This document shows, piece by piece, positions 45,047 through 58,307 of a stretch of DNA of 64,000 nucleotides. The stretch comes from Mobula hypostoma (lineage: Eukaryota): the NCBI RefSeq assembly GCF_963921235.1, contig NC_086097.1, positions 127,164,001-127,228,000 of the forward strand, given 5' to 3'. A model generated the notes under the pieces. That model made no database searches and was not told where the DNA came from. It saw only the letters and a list, made by a program, of their open reading frames with translations. Position numbers and translations under genes: made by a program. Position 1 is the stretch's first letter. Each line of letters starts with the position of its first letter.

Positions 45047-47280
45047 ATAGAAACATAGAAACATAGAAAATAGGTGCAGGAGTAGGCCATTCGGCCCTTC
45101 GAGCCTGCACCGCCATTTATTATGATCATGGCTGATCATCCAACTCAGAACCCAGCCTTCCCTCCATACCCCCTGACCCCTGTAGCCACAAGGGCCATAT
45201 CTAACTTCCTTTTAAACATAGCTAATGAACTGGCCTCAACAGTTTGCTGTGGCAGAGAATTCCACAGATTCACCACTCTCTGTGTGAAGAAGTTTTTCCT
45301 AACCTCGGTCCTAAAAGGCTTCCCCTCTATCCTCAAACTGTGACCCCTCGTTCTAGACCTCCCCAACATCGGGAACAATCTTCCTGCATCTAGCCTGTCC
45401 AATCCCTTTAGGATCTTATACGTTTCAATCAGATCCCCCCTCAATCTTCTAAATTCCAACGAGTACAAGCCCAGTTCATCCAGTCTTTCTTCATATGAAA
45501 GACCTGCCATCCCAGGAATCAATCTGGTGAACCTTCTTTGTACTCCCTCTATGGCAAAGATGTCTTTCCTCAGATTAGGGGACCAAAACTGCACACAATA
45601 CTCCAGGTGTGGTCTCACCAAGGCCTTGTACAACTGCAGTAGTACCTCCCTGCTCCTGTACTCGAATCCTCTCGCTATAAATGCCAGCATACCGTTCGCC
45701 TTTTTCACCGCCTGCTGTACCTGCATGCCCACTTTCAATGACTGGTGTATAATGACACCCAGGTCTCGTTGCACCTCCCCTTTTCCTAATCGGCCACCAT
45801 TCAGATAATAATCTGTTTTCCTATTTTTGCCACCAAAGTGGATAACTTCACATTTATCCACATTAAATTGCATCTGCCATGAGTTTGCCCACTCACCCAA
45901 CCTATCCAAGTCACCCTGCATCCTCTTAGCATCCTCCTCACTGCTAACACTGCCACCCAGCTTCGTGTCATCCGCAAACTTGGAGATGCTGCATTTAATT
46001 CCCTCATCCAAGTCATTAATATATATTGTAAACAACTGGGGTCCCAGCACTGAGCCTTGCGGTACCCCACTAGTCACCGCCTGCCATTCTGAAAAGGTCC
46101 CGTTTATTCCCACTCTTTGCTTCCTGTCTGCTAACCAATTCTCCACCCACACCAATACCTTACCCCCAATACCGTGTGCTTTAAGTTTGCACACTAATCT
46201 CCTATGTGGGACCTTGTCAAAAGCCTTTTGAAAATCCAAATATACCACATCCACTGGTTCTCCCCTATCCACTCTACTAGTTACATCCTCAAAAAATTCT
46301 ATGAGATTCGTCAGACATGATTTTCCTTTCACAAATCCATGCTGACTTTGTCCGATCATTTCACCGCTTTCCAAATGTGCTGTTATCACATCCTTGATAA
46401 CTGACTCCAGCAGTTTCCCCACCACCGACGTTAGGCTAACCGGCCTATAATTCCCCGGTTTCTCTCTCCCTCCTTTTTTAAAAAGTGGGGTTACATTAGC
46501 CACCCTCCAATCCTCAGGAACTAGTCCAGAATCTAACGAGTTTTGAAAAATTATCACTAATGCATCCACTATTTCTTGGGCCACTTCCTTAAGCACTCTG
46601 GGATGCAGACCATCTGGCCCTGGGGATTTATCTGCCTTCAATCCCTTCAATTTACCTAACACCACTTCCCTACTAACATGTATTTCGCTCAGTTCCTCCA
46701 TCTCACTGGACCCTCTGTCCCTTACTATTTCTGGAAGATTATTTATGTCCTCCTTAGTGAAGACAGAACCAAAGTAATTATTCAATTGGTCTGCCATGTC
46801 CTTGCTCCCCATAATCAATTCACCTGTTTCTGTTTGCAGGGGACCTACATTTGTCTTTATCAGTCTTTTCCTTTTTACATATCTATAAAAGCTTTTACAG
46901 TCCGTTTTTATGTTCTCTGCCAGTTTTCTCTCATAATCTTTTTTCCCCTTCCTAATTAAGCCCTTTGTCCTCCTCTGCTGAACTCTGAATTTCTCCCAGT
47001 CCTCAGGTGAGCCACTTTCTCTGGCTAATTTGTATGCTACTTCTTTGGAATTGATACTATCCCTAATTTCTCTTGTCAGCCACGGGTGCACTACCTTCCT
47101 TGATTTATTCTTTTGCCAAACTGGGATGAACAATTGTTGTAGTTCATCCATGCAACCTTTAAATGCCTGCCATTGCATATCCACCGTCAATCCTTGAAGT
47201 GTCATTTGCCAGTCTATCTTAGCTAATTCATGTCTCATACCTTCAAAGTTACCCCTCTTTAAGTTCAGAACCTTTGTTTC
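45047..47280 (-). mobile_element. Young 5'-truncated CR1 with uninterrupted 697-aa RT ORF (45145-47238)
   Basis: NYRPVSLTS, YLDFQKAFDKV, GVPQGSVLGP and KFADD motifs with no stops, plus a (TTTCTATG)n tail. Confidence 0.96.
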
Positions 47281-48619
47281 TATATTGAACCTTTGATACT
47301 ATATTATAGATCACCCAACAGTCCCTTAGATTTGAGGAGCAAATAGATTGCAGACTGTTACAAGAAACATTAGGTTGCGATAGTAGGTGATTTTAACTTT
47401 CAACATATTGACTGGACTCCTTTACTGTAAGAGGGCTGGATGGGATAGACTTGGTCAAATCCTGTTCTGGAAAGTTTCCTTAATCAGTACATAGAAGCCC
47501 TGACTAGAGAGAGTGCAACTATAGATCTCCTATTAGGGAATGAGACAGGGTAGGTAACAGAAGTTTGTGTAGGGGGGGAACACTTTGCATCTATTGATCG
47601 TAATACCATTTGTTTCAATGTCTGTTTCTGTGCTGTAGTGTTGTATTATTCTGACTCTATAGTGCAGGTGAGTGGTAAATGCTGGGGGGAGCTTATAGGA
47701 GTGCGGTAAGAATAAAATGGCATTGGGGTAGGTGGGTACTTGAAGGTCTGATTGAGTGGGTAGTGGAGGCAGAGACTTTCACAACATTATGAAGCATCCA
47801 GACAGGGACATGAGTAACAAGGCATTAAAGACGATACAATAAATTCTGATATGCGGCAGTATTGCAGTTGGTCTGCATGGATGTCATGGTTTGAAGGGAT
47901 GTTTTCTGTGCCTATAACTCTACTCTAGCCAGACATTAAATGGCTGAACCTAGATGAGGAAGAATGTATTACGTTGCAACAGAAAGAAAGGTGGTGAGAA
48001 CAGCATCACCTGATATTTTCCTCACTCTGAACTAAACTCTAAATCAATTTGAGGACTTGGCCAGGTGTGAGGGATTAACTGGAAAATTGAAGGTGATATC
48101 CTGTTTGGAGGCTATGGGAGAATTATCCCTGACAGAGGGAGTTGGGGAGTGATCTGTGTTTGTTGGTTGAGAAGTTCGCTGGTTAAGAAATACTAAGTGA
48201 GAGGCAATTATACACTTAAAACATAACACTGGGTGGACAGTGCAGAGTTTGGGGTCTTGGGAGGAGGGGTGGTTGTGAAACAAGGCTTATGGAAAAGATG
48301 AGCGAAGAGGGAGCAGGAACAGGAGGAAATTACAAATTGATAGAGAGCTTGAGTTCAGATAGCAGACTGGTCAGAAGAGAGGAGGGCTGTTGCATGCGTG
48401 GTCTTGATCTTTGAGATAAAGGAGTGCATGCATTCATGAAGCTCCAAGGAGCCCGGGAACATTCTGTTGTGTGAAGGCATTGTGGGCCATCTTCCCCTGC
48501 CAGGAAGTTACCTGGGTAAAATCATAGGAAGATAGTTCAATAGAATGGCTAAAGCTGACCAAGGGCAACAATGGCTGTTGTGTACCAAGTTAGCTCAGGA
48601 TGGGGAGCGGGGGATGGAA

Positions 48620-48848
48620 TGGTAACATAGCAGTTAGAGTAATGCTGTACTGAGCCAGCAACTCAGGCTCAACTGTGCTGCTGTCAGTAAGGAATTTGTA
48701 CATTCTGCCCACGATCCTGTGGGTGCTCCAGTTTACTTCCATATTCCAAAGCTTATATATGGGTGAGTATGTTAATTGGTCACATGGGTGCAGTTGGGCG
48801 ACACAGGCCTGGAAGGATCTGTTACTGTGCTGTATTCTTAAATAATAA
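48620..48848 (+). mobile_element. tRNA-derived SINE
   Basis: Degenerate A/B-box head, a central GGGTGCTCCAGTTT..CCA..TTCCAAAG core, and a TGTGCTGTA..AAATAA tail. Confidence 0.65.
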
Positions 48849-50285
48849 GAATAATGATTGTGGTCCGCTGTCGTTGTAATATGAGGATGCAGTTGACATG
48901 AGCACTGGTGGACGCAGTGAAGTGTGATGGGGCCACAATGTACTGCAGGTGGTGGATATGTTAAATGAAATTGTTAGAATTGCTCAGCAGGTCAGGCAGC
49001 ACCCATGAAGAGAGAAACCAAGTTAACGTTCTGGGTCGTATGAAGGATGGTCTTAAGAGGAGAGGGAGGTGATGCAGTTTAGGAAGAGGAATTTCAGTGG
49101 AATTGTGACAGGAGTTGGTTAATGTTCTGGCTGTGTCCTGGGGTGGGGGGGCAAGACGAGGCGGGGAGGGCACATGGCAGTGTTGGTCTGCCCATCTGAC
49201 ATCTCGTCTTGGCTTGGGACAGCACTTCATTCACTGTTGAACTGCAAAGATTGGAGGCAATGTCTTGAACTTGAACACCCGTTTGCTGCTGGCATGATCA
49301 ACAACTACACAGTTGTGCAGGAGCCTCCATATCATCTGGCAAAGTGGTCAAAGTGACAATGCCCAGCTCCAGCTCTCTGTCCAGTGAAGAAATTCCCTTC
49401 ACCTCTGTCACTTCCCAACCTCCAGCCCATCCTTGTCCTCCATTTTCCCAAACATCTCCATCTTCACTTTGCTGTCCACCCTTCTCATTGATGATCCATA
49501 GTTCATTTTCACAACCCTGAACCTTAAAACTTAATTCTTATTGAAAAAACGTCTCATTTTTACTGTGTACTGTACCAGCAGTTATGGTTGAAATGACAAT
49601 AAAAAGTGACTTGACTTGACGTAAATCACTTTGTGGCTTGACATTCTATTTCTTTTTAATCTGTTTAGTGTGGCAGTGATAGTACGAATGTTAAATTATT
49701 GGATCAGTAATCTGGTTGATTAACAACCTCCTCTCCAATCCCAGCCATGGAAATACAACTCCAGTTCATAATCTACAAAACTAATCATCAGTACCACAAC
49801 ATTTTAGAGTGTTGTAGAAACCCAGCTAGTTCACTAATGCGGGGAAGGAAATCTGTCATTTTTACCTGGTCAGGCTTGTGTGCGACCTGGTCAGATTTGT
49901 GTGCAAGATAGGGGATCTGTGAGTTTATTCAACACAACGAGATTAGGGTTGGGCAGTAAATTCCAGCCTTAGAAACGCTGAAGATTGCAAATAAATGAAT
50001 GGCTGCAAGTGTGAAGAAGTCCAACAAAGTTTGCTGCGATTTCTTAGACATTCCTGGCTCCTATCTCTCGCCTTATCATATTAAGACCATCCTTAAAAAT
50101 CCATGAATATATTGTTGATGTGTGAAGTATGGAAGGAGTCAGAGGGACTTGAATTCAACAAATGAATTCATATTGTGATGTCTTTTATATTTTTAATTTT
50201 CATTCTTAGTTTTTTAAAAAAATTTCTTTTGATTACAAGGAAGGAAATGTTGGCATGAATTTGATTTTGAGTAATTAAGTAAAAA

Positions 50286-50683
50286 CAGACATCAGAATAT
50301 CTGCAGATGCTGGAAAACTAAGCAACACACACAAAATGCTGTAGGAACTCAGCAGTGTAGGCAGCATCTATTGAAAAGTGTAAACAATCCACGTCTGAGA
50401 CTTGGCTGAGACCCTCCTTCAGGATTAAGAAGAAAGCTGGGGGGGTGGGGGTAGATGCCTGTTTTTTCGTCTCCGGCTCTTGACCTTTCCCACCCACCTG
50501 GCTACACCAATCACCTTCCAGCTAGCTTCTTTCCCCTATTCTCACCTTTTTATTCAGGCATTTCCCATCCCTTCCTTCTCAGTCTTGAAGAGGGCCTCTG
50601 TCTGAAATGTCGACTGTTTACTCTTTTCCATAGATGCTGCCTGGCCTGCTGAGTTCCTCCAATATTTTCTGTGTGTTGATTCA
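50286..50683. mobile_element. Inverted-structure Penelope 3'-end insertion with two decayed hammerheads
   Basis: TSD AATTAAGTAAAAA / AATTAAATAAAAA (50273-50285 and 50684-50696). The arms are inverted copies of each other. AGTC-TTGAAGA..GAAATGTC-GACT at 50581-50615. Confidence 0.78.
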
Positions 50684-50822
50684 AATTAAATAAAAAGTTG
50701 GCTGCACCAAGGTTAACGCTGATCTATATGTGTATTGTTTTAAGGCTGATGAGGTAATGGAACTATTAGTTACGATATTGATTGTAATAGATTAATATTT
50801 TGGCTATGACAGATCTCTGATT

Positions 50823-51988
50823 TTAAAAAAGTATCTGGTGCTTTCCTGGCGTATATGATGAATAAACTCTTCTCAGGCTTCCAGCCAGGTACAGGTATTC
50901 ACAATGGCCATAGGATTGACTTTGACAAAACTACTGCACAGCTCTAATGACTTTTCGGACTACCTGGTGAAGAAAGACATTGAAATAAAACTAGAAGAAA
51001 AGAATTTTAACAAAGACAAAGGTCTCCCTCTATGTAAGAGTTGGAACTTGATTGTAAACAAGGCGGGGCAGGGGAAACCTGATTGGATGAGGACTAATGA
51101 ATCAAGAGGGACGGATGACGGGGGTGTATATATACCACGGACTAGACCAGCCTAGGCATCAATCCTGATGAAGATGGCAGAGTTTGTCAACCCTGAGCAG
51201 ACTGTCTAGTTCATCTGGCAAAATGCCTCATCACCAGATCTAACCAACAGGCACCAAGACCTCGCCTGGCTGGCGGTGAGAGGGGCCCTCCCAGTCAGAG
51301 CCCTCCTGTACGCCCGGAACGTCGTCTCCGCAGCCCACTGCCCACGGGAGGACTGCAGTGAGGAGGAGTCTGTGACCCACCTCTTTGCACACTGCCAGTT
51401 CGCAAAGAGGGTGTGGAGGAGGATGGACGGGCTAGTGTCACGTTTCATCCCCAGCAGCTGCGTAACAGAGGACTCTCAAATCTACGGGCTGTTCCTGGGG
51501 ACACACACGGAGACCAACATCCGGTGCTGCTGGCAGATCATCAACTCGGTGAAAGACGCTCTTTGGTCGGCCCGAAACTTGATGATCTACCAGCACATGG
51601 AGATGTCCGTGGGAGAATGCTGCCGACTGGCACATTCTCGGCTGCAGGAGTACGTGCTGAGGGACGCACTGAAACTTGGTGCGGCCACCGCAAGGGCCCG
51701 GTGGGGAAGGACCACAGTATAGGTTTCTCCACCTGTGGGAGTGGGAGGGGTCGGTGGGCAGGGAGTATACCCCTCAACAATGATATGGTAAGCTGAACTA
51801 CTGGAGTGCCACGTGGGTGGCTATAAATACGGATATGTACCAAGTATAATGGAAACGTATGTAAAGGATGAAAAGTTATTGAATGGTTTATTGTATATAT
51901 TTATTTTTGAATAAAGTATATTTTGAAATTTAAAAAAATCAGTTAAAATCAATACCTGTACCTGGCTGGAAGCCCAAGAAGAGTTCAT
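50823..51988 (+). mobile_element. Second Penelope-like family 3' end, interrupted by Tx1
   Basis: LVKKDIEIKLEEKNFNKDKGL.L..SW resembles a GIY-YIG C-terminus. 12-bp TSD AGATCTCTGATT (50811-50822 and 51989-52000). 50862-50898 is an inverted copy of 51952-51988. Confidence 0.75.
51190..51938 (+). mobile_element. 5'-truncated Tx1/L1-clade LINE 3' end
   Basis: AWLAVRGALPVR..C...C..EESVTHLFAHCQFAKRVW (zf-RVT), with AATAAA and an A-rich tail. Confidence 0.88.
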
Positions 51989-54930
51989 AGATCTCTGATT
52001 GTTAATGCATGAAGTAAGAAAAATCAATCTGTTTAATTTAGTAATACTAAATGCTGTATATTTATCTCTGAAGTTGCAGAGATGACATTTAAATACATCT
52101 CTGGGTGGTTGCTGTACAACATGGCAATGAATGTCCAATCCAAATGTAAAATTGCTTGTTGGAACAGTATAAGCAGGAGCTGCTCGTCCAGCAGATCCAC
52201 AGATTCCATGTTATACACAAGACTCAAATGTTACTTTTATTTACTTAATGGAAAGTATTTTCTCTAGACATAAAGTTAGTTTATTATTCACGTACTTCAT
52301 GCAGTCAATCAATTAATATTTTTGAAATGTGGTTAGATCTGTCTGATGACCACGGACATGCTCATGCTGACTGACGTGGAATAATTCTGCAAACCCACAA
52401 TTCCAGCAGGGAGTTGCCAATGACAGGGGTTTGAGGCAGAAGAACTTGCCTCTGACTCCCACACACTTTGACCAAGAGTGTGATTGTTGAATTAGTTCCC
52501 TTGGGCATTTGCAGCTATCTGGGAAAATATATATTTACAACTATAATTGTCTGATTTAGTGAAGAGAGGCGGGAGAAATAGAAGTTAAACTTGCAAATTA
52601 AGTGTAATTTATGACAAATTCTACATTTTTCATCAGTGTGTCAGTGCTACGTTCTTCTAGGTCTCATGAAAGTGTGGTATTGGATATAGCCTGCAAGACA
52701 TTCCCGAATTGAGAAAGCTGACAGTTTTTTCCCCTGAGGCAATTTCCATTGGTTTTATCAGGGCTAAAACTTGATAATTACTTCTGCCATTATCTTGTTT
52801 CTGTGGAATTCCCTTCTGTGTGGCAATAATCCTTGATGGCGCATGGTGTGTAGGTGTGAGAGAGGCCCACTCTTACAATCAATTTAAAATATTGCCCTTG
52901 TGCTTTGCCAAGTGCACTAGTTGTACCTGGGCATCGCTACGGTTCTTCGTTCGTGAACAACTTTTGATGTAGTGCAGTTAATTGCTGGCAGTCCATGGTT
53001 TGTTCGACTCGCTGGATATGGAAACTTGCACAGGCAAGTTAGAAGACAGATACATTGAAAAATGACAGCAGGAGAAAGCTTCTGGGATTTCAAAGCCACT
53101 CCTTCATTCCATATAACCGTATCTCAAAAACATATTCCTACTCTTTCCCCATACTGTTGAATATCTTTTGTATGTAAAATCCACTTACTAAGGAAAGATG
53201 ATATGACAACTATTAGAGTGAGGAAAAACGAGAACTGGTGTTCAGTAGAAGCACTTTAGAGTTGGTACAACACGGTGTAAAGTAGTTTCCAATGGAGAGA
53301 GGATTTCGTGGAAGGGTACAGGTAAAGAAGTCACGTAGGGTGCAAAGGGCAGAGGATGTGAAGCTGGAAATTTAAATAACACGTTATGTTCAAATCAATC
53401 TTGGTAATTGTTTCTCTCTACACAGATGCTGCCTGATTTGTGGAGTGTTTTGGTATGATCTCCTTTATTGTAACAAACAAATTCTATGTGACTGCTTCTC
53501 TCGATAAAGCTATCAGAGTTAGAGGTGAAACATATCACCTATCAACAAGATTTGGCCTATTTGGAGATCACAGGAATATGCGTTTTCTATAGTTATCTGG
53601 TAGAACAGCGATATGCATTGGCACCCACACTGGCTAGCATCCTGTGATTAATTTCAGATGGGAAGCATTTGTGGTTGATGTGCACAGGGTGTGTGCCTGT
53701 GTTTGAATGAGCTACGTAATTACTCTGTGGGAAAACACAGCAAGAGTAATTGAATGAATGGCAGAAGGGGGTTGCAACCCCCTTGCTGTGTGATTTCAGA
53801 TTGTCATGCAGGAGAGATTCTTCACATTTAGATAAATTCAAATCGAACTAAGTATTATTTCAGTTTCCATTATTCTTGTCCAGGGTCTTATCTGAGCAGC
53901 CCATAAGTGTTTGTGGTGTTTAGTTGTTATTTTCATTGCCGTTTTCTGTTGCTTTTCATTCGTTCATTGTGTGCCTGAGGTCGTATTTCCTTGGGACACA
54001 TTACTTAGCTGGTTTCCATTGGCTGCTTAAGTGCTTTCTGAGGCGAGGGGATTTTGCATACCATGTAACCCATGACTGCAATTAATTATGTCTTTATCAA
54101 CATTGTAATCATTCCTTTTCTATATGGGAAAATTATTGGGCTCAGCATTTAGCGGAAGTATTTTGCCATTGAGGGATTTTTAAACTAGCAATCTTAAATA
54201 GCAGTTGGAGAGCTGATTTCTGACGTCATTTAGGCGGACTTTGCACAGGACAGAGAGCATTCATTACAGAATGTGGTTAATTTTCCTCGCAGTGAATCTT
54301 TTCTCTTCAGCAGACAAGTTTTTAGGCACAAGTACTAACAGGCAGTCTTTGATACCTCCTAATATTTCTGTGATATGAAAGTCAGCGTCTAAGCTTTGTA
54401 CCTTCCAGCTGCCAGTTATGAGGCTGTTCTGTCTCAGAAACCCAGAGCAACCCCTCACCCAGCGACCCCACCACCTCACTGTACTCTTCTTCGTAGGTTA
54501 ATTGGTCATTGTAAACTGTCCCGTGATTAGGCTAGGATGAAATTGAGGGCGTTGTTGAGTGGTGTGGCTCAAAGGGCCGGAAAGGCCTGTTTCACACTGT
54601 ATCTCAATAAATAAACAATCAATTCTGAGCAAGTGTGCCATCAGTTGGTACCAATGTCCCAAGTTCAGATCCTGGTCACTCTCCAAATCTCATCTGGAAC
54701 ACGGCCTTGGTGATCTCCTACCTTTGCTATCCTTGGCTCCTTCTGATCCATATTGGCTGCAATGCCTGCTTTGGTTCAATAGTTGGCAGATTTTTTAAAA
54801 ATTATGAAAATAAACTTTATTCATAATAAAAATATTATTTACAAAAATGAACCGTGCAATGTCTTTTCTTCCTTCTTTTCATTGACAATGCATTATGTTG
54901 TGTTCTATTACATTTCTTGAAACCAGTTTC

Positions 54931-55520
54931 TTTGACTACAAGTACCTCAGGTCAAGAATGATGAGTTTGGAGAAGGACATAAAGATATGGATGGTGCTGG
55001 CATGGAGGGCTATGAACGACATGAAGGAAATCTGGAAGTCGAACCTGACCAGAGGGCTTAAAAAGAGGATTTTCATAGCAGTCATAGAGTCCATTCTCAC
55101 GTATGGATGTGAGACGTGGACACTCACCAAGACTATGCGAAAGTCTCTAGATGGTTGCTGTACATGAATGCTCCGGATGGCTCTTGACGTGAATTGGCAA
55201 CAGCACATGACGAACGTCGAGCTCTATAATGACCTACCGGTGCTCACCACTAAAATCGAGGTGAGAAGACTGCAACTAGCGGGGCACTGTCTACGCCACC
55301 CCGAGCTACCTGCCAGCCTAGTCATCATATGGGAGCCCAAGCATGGGAGGATGAACCCTGGGTGCCCTCCCAAGACTATGGTCAACACGCTCCTAGAAGA
55401 CAGCGGCGCGGCTAATGTAGATGAACTGAACACACTGATGAGGGAGAGGGAGAAGTGGAGAGTCCGTCATCGTGCTTGACGCCAGCCCCCTAGGCCTGAG
55501 TCGACGTAGTAGTAGCAGTA
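54931..55520 (+). mobile_element. 5'-truncated RTE-clade LINE
   Basis: YKYL..IESILTYGCETWTLTK..LDG..MLR.AL...W..H.TN.ELY..RRLQLAGHC.RH peptide and a (GTA)n tail. Confidence 0.85.
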
Positions 55521-55957
55521 ATAACACTGTTGCCATTCATGTAGCCCCTGGGATGATACACTGCAAGAATAAATGAAGGGCTTCCTCAGCCAATCTGGCC
55601 CCTCCCTCTCCAGTCATGGAAGATCCCTGTACTGTGGTCCTTCCCTACCGTGTCTTTGTGGCATTAATGTCCCTTAGCATGTATTCCTGCAGCCTGGAAT
55701 GTGCCAGTTGGCAGCATTCCTCCACGGACATCTCGATGTGCTGGCAGACGAACAAGTTTCTGACAGACCAAAGGATGTCGATGATCTGCCCAGCAGCACT
55801 GGATGGTTGTCTCCGTGTGTGTCCCTGGGAACAGCCCATAGATCACATAGCCCTCTGTCACGCAGCTGCCTGGAATGAACCAGGCCACAGGCCCTCGCAG
55901 CTTTCTCCACACCCTCTTTGCAAACACACAGTCTACAAAGAGGTGACCTACTGTTCT

Positions 55958-57552
55958 GGCGGATTGGAAGGCAAATGTCATGCCACTGTTCAAAAAAGGA
56001 TGTGAGCAAAAGGTAGGTAGCTATAGGCCAGTTAGTTTAACATCTGTAGTTGGGAAAGTGCTTGAAGCTATCATTAGAGAAAAAATAGCGAGGCATCGGG
56101 AAAGAAATGGAGCCATTAGGCAGACGCAGCATGGATTCAGCAAAGATGGGTCCTGTTTGACAAACTTACTAGAGTTCTTTGAGGATATAGCAAGCGCAGT
56201 GGATAGAGGGGAACAGATGGACATTATTTACTTGAATTTCCAGAAGGCGTTCGATACGGTGCCACATGGAAGACTTAACCAGAATATAAGGATGCACAGA
56301 GCTGGGGGTGATGTATTAGTGTGAATAGAGGATTGGGTGACTAATAGAAACAGAGAGTTAGGATAAATGGGTGTTTCTGTGGTTGGCAATCCGTTGTGCG
56401 CGATGTGCTGCAGGGGTTGGTGCTGGGCTTGTAACTGTTCACGATATACGTTAACGATCTGGAAGAGGGGACCGAGTGTAGTATATCTAAGTTTGCTGAT
56501 GACATTAAATTGAGTGGGAAAGCAAATTGTGCAGAGGATACAGAGAGTCTGCAGAGAGATATCGATAGGTTAAGTGAGTGGGCCAGAGTCTGGCAGATGG
56601 AGTACGATGTTGGTAAATGCAAGGTCATCCACTTTGGAAAGAAAAATGGAAGATCAGATTATTATTTAAAAGGACAAAGATTGCAGCATGCTGCTGTGCA
56701 GAAGGACCTGAGAGTGCTTGAATTGCAAAAGTTTGGTTTGCAGATGCAGCAGGCTCTCAAGAAGGCAAATGGAATGTGGCCTTCATTGCTAGAGGAATTG
56801 AATTAAAGAGCAGGGAGGTTATGCTGCAACTGTACAGGATACTGGTGAGGCCACAACTGGAGTACTGTATGCAGTTCTGGTCTCCTTACTTGAAGAAGGA
56901 TATACTGGCTTTGGAGGTGGTGCAGAGGAGCTTCACCAGGTTGATTCCAGAGATGAGGGGGTTAGACTATGAGGAGAGGTTGAGTTGTCTGGGACTGTAA
57001 CTGGAATTCAGAAGGATGAGAGTAGATCTTATAGAAACATATAAAATTATGAAAGGGATAGATCAGATAGAGGCAGGAGAGCTGTTTCCACTGGTAGGTG
57101 ATACGAGAACTAGGAGACATAGCCTCAAGATTCAGGGGAGTAAATTTGGTATGGAGATGAGGAGGAACTTCTTTTCCCAAAGAGTGGTAAATCTGTGGAA
57201 TTCTGTGCCCAGCGAAGCAGTGGAGGCTACCTCGGTAAGTATATTTAAGACAAAAGGGCAGAGACGCAGAATAGAGGGGCACCCTTTCAAAACAGAGATG
57301 CGGAGAAATTTCTTTAGCCAAAGGGTGGTGAATTTGTGGAAATTGCTGCCACGTGCAGCTGTGGAAGCTGGGTCGTTGGGTGTATTTAAGGCAGAGATTG
57401 AAAGGTTGTTGATTGGACATAGCATCAAAGGTTATGGGGAGAAGGCCAGGAACTGGGGTTGAAGAGGAGAAAAAAAAAGGATCAGCCATGATTGAACGGC
57501 GGAGCAGGCTCGACAGGCCAGATGGCCTACTCCTGCTCCTGTTATGTTCTTC
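55958..57552 (+). mobile_element. CR1 RT 3' half with two 3' ends in tandem
   Basis: PLFKKG..YRPVSLTSVV and KFADD motifs. MRRNFFSQRVVNLW occurs twice. Confidence 0.9.
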
Positions 57553-58307
57553 TGGTCATCCTGTGGATAGCATGCTATGGGAGTGATGCTCTGGGGATGC
57601 AGAGAGGATCTGACTGGGAGGACTCCTCTCACCGCCAGCCAGGCACGGGTCTTGGTGCCTGTTGGTGAGATTTGCTGATGAACCATTCTACCAGATGGTC
57701 TGGATGGTCACATAGGAAACCGCCCCACTGTGCCCATTGAGTCCTTCTCCTGTGGTATCCACAGGGTGTTCTGTACAGACCACTGCCTGATGGACTTGTG
57801 GTCACAGATGTTGGTCTGGAGGACTGATAGTGTAGCAATGTCCAGCTGACTGGGGCATTGCCTGCCAACAAGGGGCATGGATAGAATCTCAGCACATAAT
57901 GGTACTTGGTGCCCATGCATTTTGGTTCCACACAGAATCAGAATCAAGGTAAGTATCATTGGTATATGTTGAGCAGTTTGTTGTTTTGCAGTAGCAAACC
58001 ATGCAATACATAATTTTTAAAAACTATAAATTACAATAAGAGGCTGCTCCTAAAATATTGAGTGCATTTCTGTGGCAGTTTGAACGGGGCACGACTGCAC
58101 AAGCGTGTGAAAGTCGGCCCGTGAGACAGTGGGAGAATTTTAAAAATGAGTCAGATTAATGGAGCGGGCGACGGAGTAGTGGGAGACAGAGTAGGAAGGC
58201 TTTGGCTCGAGAGGCTTCAGTGAGCAGAGGCTGAAGACGAGCTTCTTCCCAGTGAGGTAAGGCCGGGTAAGCTCCTTTAATTACTCTAATTAACTTAGGA
58301 GTAGGCA

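Larger units (their letters stand above)
43745..47620 (+). mobile_element. Decayed 5' part of a CR1 (UTR, ORF1 esterase, APE), host of two inserts
   Basis: IAGLLPVPHASE..NTWLRSWCRR peptide. The endonuclease resumes after 47290 (VGDFN, IDLLLG). Confidence 0.78.
54790..57930 (-). mobile_element. Tx1/L1-clade 3' portion split by RTE and CR1 insertions
   Basis: AWLAVRGVLPVR at about 57640, HLFVDCVFAKRVW..GLFPGTHTET at 55700-55950, and the AATAAA/A tail at about 54790-54820. Confidence 0.82.
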
